The position numbers were made by a program, and so were the translations under genes. The notes under the pieces are model-generated. The model ran no database searches. It saw nothing but the letters and a program-made list of their open reading frames with translations, and was not told where the DNA came from. Of a DNA stretch of 64,000 nt, positions 10,701 through 54,659 are shown piece by piece (positions within the stretch are counted from its first letter, which is position 1; each line of letters opens with the position of its first letter). This DNA is from Macrostomum lignano (Eukaryota), in NCBI GenBank assembly GCA_002269645.1, contig NIVC01000839.1, positions 124,001 to 188,000 on the forward strand. Direction: 5' to 3'.

Positions 10701-12519
10701 CTAAGATTAGAATTAGGTGGGTTCAAAAATCTGTAGGCTTTAACAACTAGCTACAAAATATAATGAAATATAATCAAAATATTTGATACACATGATTGGT
10801 CTAATTTAGAATACAATAGCAAAGGTATCAACAAATCAGAATGCAATAGGAGAATCAATGAATTGACATACAGCAAATTTTTAAGAGTTCACTATGATGT
10901 GACATTTTGTTAGATTTTTATATAAAATTCCAGTGATACACAACCACTAAATTTATTTTCAGTGCCACTAATTAGCGCTGTTACTAATTGATATAAGAAA
11001 AAAAATTGCAATTGCTAATAGTGGGCACTATTTCTACTTTGAATTTAGCGCAATTAGCACCACTAATTTTGAAATGCACTAATTAATAAATACATTTAAT
11101 ATAAACTGCCACTTCACATGTATTTATGCGTTTTTGCACATTTTTAACTTACACAGTTTAAATGAATATACTAATAATGCTATTGCTAATAATTTGTTTA
11201 CATTATCAATCCTAATAAAAAATCCTCAAGCCGCTGAACTGTCAGAGCAACAGTTGGTAGAAAGAGTTCCTAAATTACAATGCTGTTTGTTTTGAAAAAT
11301 GTCAAGGGCACTTGGTACCAGGGCCATGGCCTTCTTATACTCAAGAAGGAAGGCGAGATCATTAGCTTGAAATGGTGGTTTGGGATTTATTAACCCCACC
11401 ATCACCCTGTTGATATAGCCTGTCGCTTTGCATCATTGCTTAGAATATCAACTGAGCTGAAAATTGAATTCTTTGATTAAATTATTAAATTAAATTAAAT
11501 TAATCAACAACTTTTTGCAAATGAATTAAAAGTAATAAGAAAACTTTTGAAAGTCAATGACAAAAACAATATTAATTGTTGATAATTAAAGTAAAAAAAT
11601 TCAAATTTTGTTTTGCATTTCTAAGTAAATAAGAAACATTAGAGATTTAGTAATAGGTAGATTATGTAATCTTTAACTTATTACTCAAATAGGGTCTCAT
11701 TCTAAGTATTAAACAGTCATTAACCATCAAGTTTTATAGGAAAAAAATTAATTTAGTGCAATTAGCAATTTTCAAAAAATATTAGTGGCACTTTGATAGT
11801 GTGTGCTAATTGGAATTTCAATTTAGTGGAATTAGTGGCATTAACAAAATTTTAGCGGCACTTTAACGGAATTCAAATTTAGCAGCGCTAGTGCCCATCA
11901 CTACAAAATTCAATATTGACTTTTGTGAAGAAACTTGGATTTATTGTTTTATTTTTTAAATGTTTATTAGGCCTATTAGTATTAATAATAATTTTATATT
12001 TTAACTTTGCCAAACACTTAAAGTTTAATTTAATCTTTTTGTTTTTAAAATGATCATTTTTAAATATACTATTGATCAAAACAAATAAGTTTAGTTTGTA
12101 ATTTTTTGACAGTATAGAGCATTAACAAATTGAGGTTGCAATTGCATCACCACTAAAGACAATTTTTTGTTTTTTAGGTTTCTCCCAAGTGTCTAGAAAA
12201 ATAAAAAAAGAAAATCAGAAGTATTTTAGGCCTATCAATATCATGATCAACATTTACTTAAAGAAGTCTCAAATTCAAAATATTTAAAAATGTCCTTGGA
12301 GTCTCTTAAAATTTACTAAAATAATATTTATACAACTAGCTACATCTATCTATAGCTTGTATATCAAGCTGTGTATTCTATAGAATACTATAGGAACCAA
12401 ATAGGAATAGAATAGAATAGGAATAGTATAGACCTAGCGCCTAGGGCTAGCTTACCTTGTCGCTGATTACTAGATGAACTTTTTGGCTTATTATTCCTGG
12501 CTGGTTGAGAATTAGACAT
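7738..12519 (-). CDS. ARL2BP: ADP-ribosylation factor-like 2-binding protein (BART), 6 exons, 204 aa
   Basis: complement join(12456..12519,10277..10399,9107..9213,8934..9019,8737..8833,7738..7875). All introns are GT-AG with matching phases. The translation contains LFDEAIGHIEDIMV-EDAFQELQNSFF...EENQLEYTNIHAEY-VATLERHLETELSQRIEDFSMERF...GEVFEMLFTITDFVAFKEAMLDYK, matching ARL2BP/BART. Not in the ORF track. Confidence 0.9.
7893..8712. repeat. 16-bp minisatellite containing TTAGGG (gggttggtgaagctta) in the last ARL2BP intron
   Basis: Visible tandem units with agctta/agatta/aactta variants. Confidence 0.9.
9285..10190. repeat. 22-23-bp minisatellite (tgctgtttatgaccgattgtcgc) in ARL2BP intron 2
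   Basis: Visible tandem units. Confidence 0.9.
10931..11903 (-). mobile_element. Decayed, internally deleted hAT DNA transposon in ARL2BP intron 1
   Basis: The minus frame near 11230-11440 reads ...NDLAFLLEYKKAMALVPSALDIFQNKQHCNLGTL, resembling the hAT transposase segment FLxEYxxxMxPxxxALDxLQxxxxxxLGxL. Imperfect inverted ends (cagtgatacac at 10931; gtgcccatcacta ending 11903) and inverted subterminal tagtg/cacta repeats. Confidence 0.55.
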
Positions 12520-13055
12520 GTTTGGGATAGGCCTAGGAAAATTGCAAAATTATGAATTCCACTTAATTCAAACACTGAGAACACTGAGACACCTAGAAAG
12601 AAGCTACAGAACAGAAACGTAAAAAACCTTTCAATAGAAACTGAAAAATGGAATTACTTTAGAAAATTTAGAAAATAGGTAGGCCTATTCTATTTATAAA
12701 ATGCAATTTTTTAGTAAACCTTAAAAACAGGCCTAGTTGCAAAATAGAAATTGAAAAAATTTTACTACCTAACACAGTGGCACTTTATACTAAAAATTCT
12801 GCGGCCTATGACATATGAGTCCAACGTCTTAGGATACCTCGTTCAAATTGTATTGTATTGTATTATAATGCACGTTTTTTTTTGCAAATTCTCTACAGCT
12901 GTTATGTTTGAATTTTTGTAGTATTTTGTTAAAACAAACTTTAAGCGCAAAATCTATTTATTTCTTTTTAAATTTGTAGGTATTGCTTTTGTAGTAGTAA
13001 ATTTTATAAACAATTAGTTTAAAAACAACTAAAAGATTAACATGATATAGAAAAA

Positions 13056-13075
13056 AGAACTTTCTAGAAGTTTCT
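13056..13075. promoter_or_regulatory. Heat-shock element (four alternating nGAAn/nTTCn units)
   Basis: aGAAc tTTCt aGAAg tTTCt, a perfect HSF1 consensus, about 27 bp upstream of TATAAA and 135 bp upstream of an Hsp40 start codon. Confidence 0.85.
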
Positions 13076-13099
13076 TTGCATCATTTCGAACGTCGTATT

Positions 13100-13107
13100 T
13101 ATATAAA
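13100..13107 (+). promoter_or_regulatory. TATA box of the DNAJB gene
   Basis: TATATAAA located between the heat-shock element and the ATG at 13210. Confidence 0.65.
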
Positions 13108-13209
13108 TAAAGACGCCAGATATGCGCCGCTCCTGTTTAAGATTCTGCTTATTATCTCGACTGATATTTTTCTCGACGAAACTACAGCTACGTTCTGCAT
13201 TCACTTACC

Positions 13210-14259
13210 ATGGGTAGAGATTACTACAAGATTCTAGGCATTTCGCGAAGTGCCACTGACGACGAAATCAAGAAGGCCTATCGAAAGATGGCTTTGAAGT
13301 ATCATCCTGACAAAAACAAGTCGCCTAACGCCGAAGACATGTTCAAGCAGGCCGCTGAGGCCTACGAAGTGCTAAGCGATCCGAACAAGCGAACGATCTA
13401 CGACAAGTACGGAGAGGAGGGTCTGAAGGCCCAATCTGGAGGCGGCCCGTCGGGTCCTCAGGGCGGCCCAACTGGCGGTGGACCAGGCTTCACCTATACT
13501 TTCCAGGGCGATCCGCGCGAAACTTTCCGAATGTTCTTCGGCACCGACGATCCGTTCGCGGCGTTTGGCCATCGCGGCTTTGGCAATTTCGAGCACATGG
13601 ATGTTGACGATGATGGTGGCATGAGCAGTTTCAGCGCATTCAGCAGCGGAGGCCATCCATTCAGCATGGCCTTTGGCGGTGGCGGCGGCGGCGGCAGGCG
13701 CGCCCGCAAGGACCCGCCGATTCATCACGACCTCAGCGTCTCTCTTGAGGACGTGCTCAACGGCTGCACGAAGAAGATCAAGATCACCCGGAAACGCCTG
13801 TCACCAGACGGCCAGAGCCTGGTGGAGGAGGAGAAAATCCTTGAGATCGCCGTCAAGAAGGGCTGGAAGGCCGGCACGAAGATCACGTTCCCGGAGGAGG
13901 GCGACCAGCTGCCCAACCGGACACCAGCCGATGTGATCTTCACCCTGAAAGATCGCACCCATAAGTATTTCCGACGCGACGGTGCAGATATTCGCTACAA
14001 GGCCAAGATCAGCCTTCGCGACGCTCTGTGCGGCTCCACGCTGCAGATCCCCACACTGGACCCCGGCCGGCACATCCCGCTGCAGCTAACTGGGCCAATC
14101 AAGCCTACGTCGTTAAGAAAGATCAAAGGCGAGGGCCTGCCGTACCCGAAATCGCCAGACGAACGCGGCGATCTTGTCGTGGAATTCGACGTAGAATTCC
14201 CCAATCAGTTGGACGAGAAGACGAGGCGACAGCTTTACAGCTTATTGCCGGCTTCGTAG
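13210..14259 (+). CDS. DNAJB4: DnaJ/Hsp40 subfamily B co-chaperone (DNAJB1/4/5 type), intronless, 349 aa
   Basis: J-domain with HPD (KYHPDKNK), G/F-rich linker with [12 protein letters not shown]-terminal domain [18 protein letters not shown]...[13 protein letters not shown], no zinc finger. The exact vertebrate orthologue among B1/B4/B5 cannot be assigned from sequence alone. Confidence 0.95.
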   Translation: MGRDYYKILGISRSATDDEIKKAYRKMALKYHPDKNKSPNAEDMFKQAAEAYEVLSDPNKRTIYDKYGEEGLKAQSGGGPSGPQGGPTGGGPGFTYTFQGDPRETFRMFFGTDDPFAAFGHRGFGNFEHMDVDDDGGMSSFSAFSSGGHPFSMAFGGGGGGGRRARKDPPIHHDLSVSLEDVLNGCTKKIKITRKRLSPDGQSLVEEEKILEIAVKKGWKAGTKITFPEEGDQLPNRTPADVIFTLKDRTHKYFRRDGADIRYKAKISLRDALCGSTLQIPTLDPGRHIPLQLTGPIKPTSLRKIKGEGLPYPKSPDERGDLVVEFDVEFPNQLDEKTRRQLYSLLPAS

Positions 14260-15497
14260 ATCCGTTTTTGCCGTCTGATTGATGACGCAATAACTGGACT
14301 TGTTCATTAACTAATAAATAGTTGAATAATTTAATCTACTGAACTGACGAATGCGCTGTTTTGCATTTGTAAATATATGATCGAGCAGAAATTTCATGTA
14401 TTGATCACAAAGTTATGTATACTGTAATCTACGGTTTGCTTAATATAATAATACCCCCCCTCCCCTGTTATCAACTTACTTTAAATACCCCTCAGTTTCT
14501 TTAAAGGCTTTCATTACTCTCTTATAGTGTTTTCATGTTATTTTTCTCGTCATTTTAACCCATTGAGTGATGTACAGTATGCATATGCACAATATTTTAT
14601 CTTTGTTAAATCAGTCTGAGAGTCGCTTTGCTTAAAACTATTTAACGAAAACAAATATACTCGAAATTGCTCTTATTAGTAGGATTCATTTCATTCTGCA
14701 ATCGAATCATTTAGTTAGTATTTTTTGTCATTAATAATACATTCGAAGACCTTTCTGTGTACTCTTATTTATTTTGCAACTTTTTGTACGTGCCAGTTAA
14801 AAAACGAAGGATCGATTTACACTACTTACAGTATAGAATGTCTAGATTTTGAATGTGACATGTATTTTGGGTGATTATTTAAATTTTAGGGTTTCACTAT
14901 AGACAAATTCGGTTAAGAGAAAAATTCATCTATAATTCTCGACGAGAGCTTCACTTTATGCAAAAGACATCTACAGCCTTAGTTGGAGTTAAGAATAGTT
15001 CTATTGTGTAGATTCAATTGCACTAATTGCATGAAGTAAACAACGTATGTGATTACAATGAATTGCAAAAAAGCTATTAGTGTAATTGTTAATAACTTGC
15101 GTCAGATACTACTCAAGAGACGTAATAAGAAAATCTAGCTTTAATTATATTTGTTACTGTTGCTATTTTAATTGTCTTGAATTGTATTACATATAGATTT
15201 CATGCATGTAAATGTAGTTTAGTATAAACAGTAAATTATCAATCAAAAATCATTGCGGTACTTTCATTCTTACAAATAATAAATTAGTTGCTTCGAGGAA
15301 TTATAAAGAAAACAGATCTAATAAATGGTTAGAGTGTACCATAGTACTTGACTTCAATATAATTAAAGGGGAGTAATTGAGAATCGTTGTTTTCAACAAT
15401 ACTACACATATCATAGATATACATTACATATTAAAGGAAATAAAAGCTACTGTAATATTAGAAAATTTATAATTTTTGTAAATAAAATAAATCTGAT

Positions 15498-15815
15498 ACG
15501 CTGATACCCCATCAAGAATCAGATACCCCATCAAGAATCAGATACCCCATCAAGAATCTGATAATACCCCATCAAGAAGCTGATGCCCCATCAAGAATCA
15601 GATAATACCCCATACCCATCAAGAATCTGAATACCCATCAAGAATCTGATACCCCATCAATAAACTGATAATACCCCATCAAGAAGCTGATACCCCATCA
15701 AGAATCTGAATACCCCATGAAGAATCTGATACCCCATCAATAAACTGATAATACCCCATCAAGAAGCTGATACCCATCAAGAATCTGATACTACATCAAG
15801 AATCTGAATACCCCT
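15498..15815. repeat. About 19-22-bp minisatellite (gataccccatcaagaatct)
   Basis: Visible tandem units. Confidence 0.85.
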
Positions 15816-15872
15816 CTACATACACCCGAGTGTCCTTGTAGACTTCATTCAACTCTACATAGGCTACTCAAT

Positions 15873-16723
15873 GAATTCTGATGGTCTGCAAAGCTGCCAC
15901 GCTGCTCTCGGCGCTGTTATTGAACCACCAACCGCTGTTGCCAAGCAAGAATAGGAGGCTAGGTCATTGTCCTAGTCCATTGTAGAGAACTTCATTCCTT
16001 TGTGATAAACTAGCGGACTTTCAGTTGAATTGGAGCTCGCGGACAGATAAGCGTCGAAGTTCATCGTGTACTTTGTGCCGGCGTTGCCGACAGTAAATCC
16101 GGAATGCTCACCGAAGTAAAGTAAGTTCGACCAGGTGGTGAATTAGTCGCGGCGGTTGCCAGTCATGCAGAAGGTGAATCTGACGCAGTCCTGCGAAATA
16201 GGTAGGAAATTCAGTTGTAATTGCACATTAAACTGTGCATGCAGGTTGAGTTGTCCTATCAAACCGCTCTCCAATGTACACTAGCTCCTATCAAACCGCT
16301 CTCCAATGTACACTAGCTCCTATCAAACCGCTCTCCAATGTACACTAGCTCCTATCAAACCGCTCTCCAATGTACACTAGCTCCTATCAAACCGCTCTCC
16401 AATGTACACTAGCTCCTATCAAACCGCTCTCCAATGTACACTAGCTCCTATCAAACCGCTCTCCAATGTACACTAGCTCCTATCAAACCGCTCTCCAATG
16501 TACACTAGCATCCCACTCACCCACTATCCCACTCATCTCTCGCAGCATCCCACTCACCCACTATCCCACTCATCTCTCGCAGCATCCCACTCACCAATCC
16601 AGAAGTCGAACTCATCTCCGAATCCAATCTCGTAGTCGCCCCATCCGCGAGCAAAGTTCGGCTTGCCTTTGTAGCGCTGCTGGATGACTTAAAAGCGCCT
16701 CGTGCCCACAAAGGCGAACGTGT
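15873..16723 (-). pseudogene. Fibrinogen-related domain (FReD) pseudogene, two recognisable exons
   Basis: Exon 16595..16723 reads TFAFVGTRRF*VIQQRYKGKPNFARGWGDYEIGFGDEFDFWI G|. Exon 16190 to about 15873 reads GLRQIHL / MTGNRRD*FTTWSNLLYFGEHSGFTVG...YHKGMKFSTMD*DND...C / GNSGWWFNN. The FReD motifs and phase-1 intron in WxG are intact, but there are three stops and at least two frameshifts. Confidence 0.8.
16257..16509. repeat. 32-bp minisatellite in the FReD pseudogene intron
   Basis: Near-perfect units tatcaaaccgctctccaatgtacactagctcc. Confidence 0.9.
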
Positions 16724-16869
16724 CTGTTAATGAGCGAATTACATTTTGAAAAATGTTGCTCGTACTGATGCTTTAATTTTTTTTTCTCTAATTTCGCACC
16801 ACACAAGGACATAAATCAACTGTCTCATAAATGTGCAAATGATTCCCCATCATTCCATCCCCCATTCTA

Positions 16870-17475
16870 CATCAATATAAACCATTTCACATCAGCCTAA
16901 ACCATTCCACATCAGCATAAACCATTCCACATCAACATAAACCATTCCAAATCAGCCTGTAAACCATTCCACATCAACCTAAACCATTCCACATCAACAT
17001 AAACCATTTTTCATTAACATAAACCAATCCACATCAGCCTATAAACCATTCCACATCAACCTAAACCATTCCACACCAACCTAAACCATTCCACACCAAC
17101 CTAAACCATTCCACACCAACCTAAATCATTCCACACCAACCTAAACCAGTCCACATCAACCTAAACCATTCCACATCAACATAAACCAGTCCACACCAAC
17201 CTAAACCATTCCACATCAACATAAACCATTCCACATCAACATAAACCACTTCACATCAGCCTTTAAACCATTACACACCAGCCTAAACCATTCCACATCA
17301 ACATAAACCAATAATAATCAATATAAAGCATTTCACCTCATAAACATCATTCCACATCGACCTAAACCACTTCAAATCAATGTAAACCATTCTATATTAA
17401 CTTAAACCTTTTCAAATTGAAAATAAAAATTTCACCAACCTAAGCACACTAATCCACATCATTCCACATCAATCT
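16870..17475. repeat. About 20-bp minisatellite (aaaccattccacatcaacct)
   Basis: Visible tandem units. Confidence 0.85.
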
Positions 17476-17479
17476 AAAC

Positions 17480-17806
17480 TAAGAATCTTGTACATGCACG
17501 CAGCAGTTCAGTACAGCTCCAATATGATCATTATAGATGTCGTCCAGAACCCTTCGGTAAGCCGTGCCACCATGGAAAGCAGAATCCAAATTGGCTCTGA
17601 CATCGGTGGAGAACAGGCGCTGTTTGGACTCTCGAATAAACTTCGCCACGGGCGCAGCTGACAAAGTCTACTCGTGAGCATTTGATGAAGCATTCAGTCT
17701 CGCTGTTTGCAGCTGACTGCACAATCTCAGCTGGCACATTAGGACCGATAGACTCACTGGTAAACACTGAAATTTTTTGTTGTGTGAGAGACCACAATGA
17801 GACCAA
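17480..17806 (-). pseudogene. Possible degraded upstream exon (PAN/apple-like cysteine spacing) of the FReD pseudogene
   Basis: AEIVQSAANSETECFIKCSRVDFVSC continues after a frameshift into VAKFIRESKQ. Same strand as, and just upstream of, the FReD exons. The domain call is tentative. Confidence 0.35.
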
Positions 17807-18055
17807 ATACTTCTAATGTAATTTTTAAGGATTGATTTGGTTAGCTACTTTGTGGCTTAACTTTCTAATTCGGTGGTTTTAGCCTATTAGTACATGCACT
17901 TTAATGGGTCTGATTCACCGTCTGGTCGAGTCGAGACTGCAGAACCGCTAGAGATCCTTGAAGATCGGCGACGTGTTGCACCGTTGGCGACTCCAGCTGA
18001 CAGGCCACATCAATAATAACATCAATAATTGACTACACCTGCCCAAATTGGGCCA

Positions 18056-18290
18056 GATGTGCAACCGACAGCTCTGCCGCAGCTATTGCGCGGCGTATCT
18101 GAAGGCTGCGTACGGCTGTTTAGTCTAATTGGACGGGGGGGTCGCCACACACACACCCTCAATTATCCCAGCTAATGCTGGCAACCATTTTACAGCTGGG
18201 TGAACTGAAGCAATACAGAGAGTTAAATGTCTTGCTCAAGGACACAAGTTGTTCCAAGTGAGTCGAGAATCGAACCCCCCCCCCCCGACC
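18056..18290 (-). mobile_element. CORE-type SINE, copy 2 (5'-truncated)
   Basis: Colinear with 2158..2408, including gtgcaaccgacagctc and ccagctaatgctggca...cagctgggtgaactgaagcaat...gagaatcgaacccc. Confidence 0.7.
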
Positions 18291-19009
18291 TGTCAATGTG
18301 AATTCAAGGCTCCTCAATCCCGGAGTTGAGTTTTTTGTAAGATACGTCGTTGAATTTTGCGATTATCCTTTGCAACAATCTTCTTATGAGCAATACTTGA
18401 GTTCGTAACACTGATGAAAATCTAGTTGTCTTGATAGCTAAAATGTAACTACCTATTGAACCAGCTAACTTGTTCTCAAAAACAGCTAGTGCTTTACTTA
18501 CATGTTGCCGAAGCTACAGAGACGCTGTGAACTACAGCAAACACAATTGTCCCTAGTCGCATGGCTTGAGCTTACTGCTGTGTAAAAAAACCTTTCTGAA
18601 ATTAATTTAAAAAACGACGCCATTAAATGTAACAAAGTTTTTATCCCATAAAATTTGCAGACAACCCTCCTTCACTGAGTGACTTCCAAGCAGCAATTCA
18701 GCTGATTGCCCCAGCAAAGCTAATTATATCCAATCATGCTATTATTCATATTCACCGATTGTTTGTATTAGCAACGCAGCATCACAGAACGCGGGTAGCA
18801 CATAGTACTCCAAGTCATCTAACAGTCCTTCAAGTTGTCTGAGAATATTTGAATATTAGAAACTTGTTTGTTCCGGTAACCTATGCTCCACTGCATATCA
18901 CTCAACTCTGCAGTTGTATTGGGGACTGGGTGTGCGTTGGGCAAGGACTACCTCAAAACTAGAATCTGGACCAGGGATTGACAAACTTTTTTCACCTTGA
19001 GGGCCAGAT

Positions 19010-19450
19010 GAGAGTGGAAAGTAGAGAAAACGGAAGATGAGAGTTGAGAAATGGCATACAAAAAGAGATAAGAGGAAAGAATTGAGAGAAAAGAGGGGAG
19101 AGGAGACAGAAGAGAGGAGAGAGTAGAGGTAGGAGAGAAGAGGGGAGAGAGGAGAGAAGAAGAAGGGAGAGATGACAGAGGACAGAGGAAGGAAGAGAGA
19201 GGGTGGAGAGAAGAGAGAGGAAAGAGAAGACAAGAGAGGAGAGAGGGGAGAACAGAGGGGAGAGAGGGGAAAGGGGTGGAGAGGGGAGAGAGGGGAGTGG
19301 ACAAGGGAGAGAGAAGAGAGGGGAGAGAGTAGAGAAGAGAGGAGGGAGGAGAGAAGAGGGGAAAGAGGAGAGAGAGGATAGAAGAGAAGAGAGAGGAAAG
19401 AGAGGAGAGGAGAGGGGAGAGATGAGAGAACAGGAAAGGAAAGAGAGTAG
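19010..19450. repeat. GA-rich low-complexity tract
   Basis: Purine-only degenerate repeat; explains ORFs at 18898-19493. Confidence 0.85.
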
Positions 19451-19704
19451 AGGGAATCTTAGCTGCATTTTGAGCATTGCCGCTCTCCGATGACTGCTTT
19501 TTACTTCAGGATGCTAGGTTTCCTTGGCTGGGGTTAATGCTGGTTGGGGTGGGTGGGTGGGTGTGCTGTGTGAGGTTTGTTGGCCTGCCCTTGCCTGTTC
19601 GTTGCCAGGCGCAACTGCGAAAGACAAATAATTTTGAGCGCTTCTATCATGTTATATGCTTTGTAGGTGATATTTTTTACAATATCCTTTCCTGGGATCT
19701 GGCT

Positions 19705-19803
<99 letters not shown>

Positions 19804-19938
19804 ATAGTAGTAGTATTAGTAGTAGTAGTATAGTAGTAGTAGTAGTAATAGTAGTAGTAGTAGTAGTAGTAGTATAGTAGTAGTTGTTGTAGTAGTAGTA
19901 GTAGTCCTCGTCGTCGTCGTAGTAGTAGTAGTAGTAGC
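19705..19938. repeat. (AGT)n microsatellite
   Basis: Long gtagtagta run. Confidence 0.95.
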
Positions 19939-20182
19939 AACGAGAAAACCGCTTTTCAATTCGATTTTAGTCTGCAAGTACAGAAACCGCTTCAGTTAGC
20001 TAAAGGTACGTACATATTTTTAAAACTTTCTTGTTGGTCAGTTTTCTACGACTGTTAAATTTAGTTCCGTTTACAGGTATACAGAGAAGCAGAAACCACT
20101 GTTTTAGGTTGTACAGACGACTGTCTTACAGTCCAATACTATAAGTGATCAGTGTTGCGTCTGTCCTGTCGCTCTTGCAACT

Positions 20183-53391
<33,209 letters not shown>

Positions 53392-53611
53392 CTAAGATCG
53401 AATTTGAAAATTGTTTCTTCTCTGTTGATCCGCTCAGGTACAAGTTCCATAATCTCCTTATTTAGTAGGGATTCAATGCGTTAAGTCCCAGATGAGGTTG
53501 AGGCAGCATCCAATGCTTTACTATTGGCTAACACGTAGATGGGGAGGCCAACTCCCACTGGCTTTGAACTGCAGCCAATGGTTAATCTTTTTTCTAGAAA
53601 TATTGAATTTG

Positions 53612-54325
53612 AAGCATGTCTAACAGCATAACATGGCTAGCCGGTGACTTTCTCATTTCCAGCGTGTCTAACAGCATAACATGGCTAGCTGGTGACTTTC
53701 TCATTTCCAGCATGTCTAACAGCATAACATGGCTAGCCGGTGACTTTCTCATTTCCAGCGTGTCTAACAGCATAACATGGCTAGCTGGTGACTTTCTCAT
53801 TTCCAGCATGTCTAACAGCATAACATGGCTAGCCGGTGACTTTCTCATTTCCAGCGTGTCTAACAGCATAACATGGCTAGCCGGTGACTTTCTCATTTCT
53901 AGCATGTCTAACAGCATAACATGGCTAGCCGGTGACTTTCTCATTTCTAGCATGTCTAACAGCATAACATGGCTAGCTGGTGACTTTCTCATTTCTAGCA
54001 TGTCTAACAGCATAACATGGCTAGCCGGTGACTTTCTCATTTCTAGCATGTCTAACAGCATAACATGGCTAGCTGGTGACTTTCTCATTTCTAGCATGTC
54101 TAACAGCATAACATGGCTAGCCGGTGACTTTCTCATTTCTAGCATGTCTAACAGGTAAATGTCTCATGTCTCAGCATGTCTAACATGTAAATGTCTCACC
54201 ATGTCTAACATGTCTAACAGGTAAATGTCTCACCATGTCTAACATGTCTAACAGGTCAATGTCTCATCATGTCTAACATGTCTAACAGGTAACAATTGCA
54301 TATCTAGCATGTCTACCAGGTAAAT
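53612..54325. repeat. 48-bp minisatellite followed by a related shorter tgtctaac repeat, between the KCNH and GILT starts
   Basis: Units agcatgtctaacagcataacatggctagccggtgactttctcatttct; explains ORFs 53594..54145 and 53616..54158. Confidence 0.9.
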
Positions 54326-54659
54326 ATATCTCCTATTTAAAATGTTTAACAGTTTTATAACTTGTTTCAACTCAACCAACTTAGACTTCGGACATTCCAC
54401 TTGCTGTTTTTTACTAAACCAAAATAGCGCTTTCCAAGTACAGAAAAATATTATAAACTTGCGAAACTTGTGTGCTCATATTTTTAGATTGTTTTCCAAA
54501 CTCAACTCTCTGCTTCTCTGCATTTGCACCTTGTTATCGCACTTGAGAAGTTTATTAAAGTAGCTAACCACTCGATTTGATACGATTCGACCTCGAAGTC
54601 AAGTCGAGCCAGAAACTCGATAAGAAGTTTAGGGAAAAAAAGTGAAAGCAAACTGAACC

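Noticed and set aside
16257-16509. 32-bp repeats, and other 20-48-bp arrays, as possible CRISPR arrays
   Set aside because: Units are directly adjacent with no unique spacers, there are no cas genes, and the context is eukaryotic introns.
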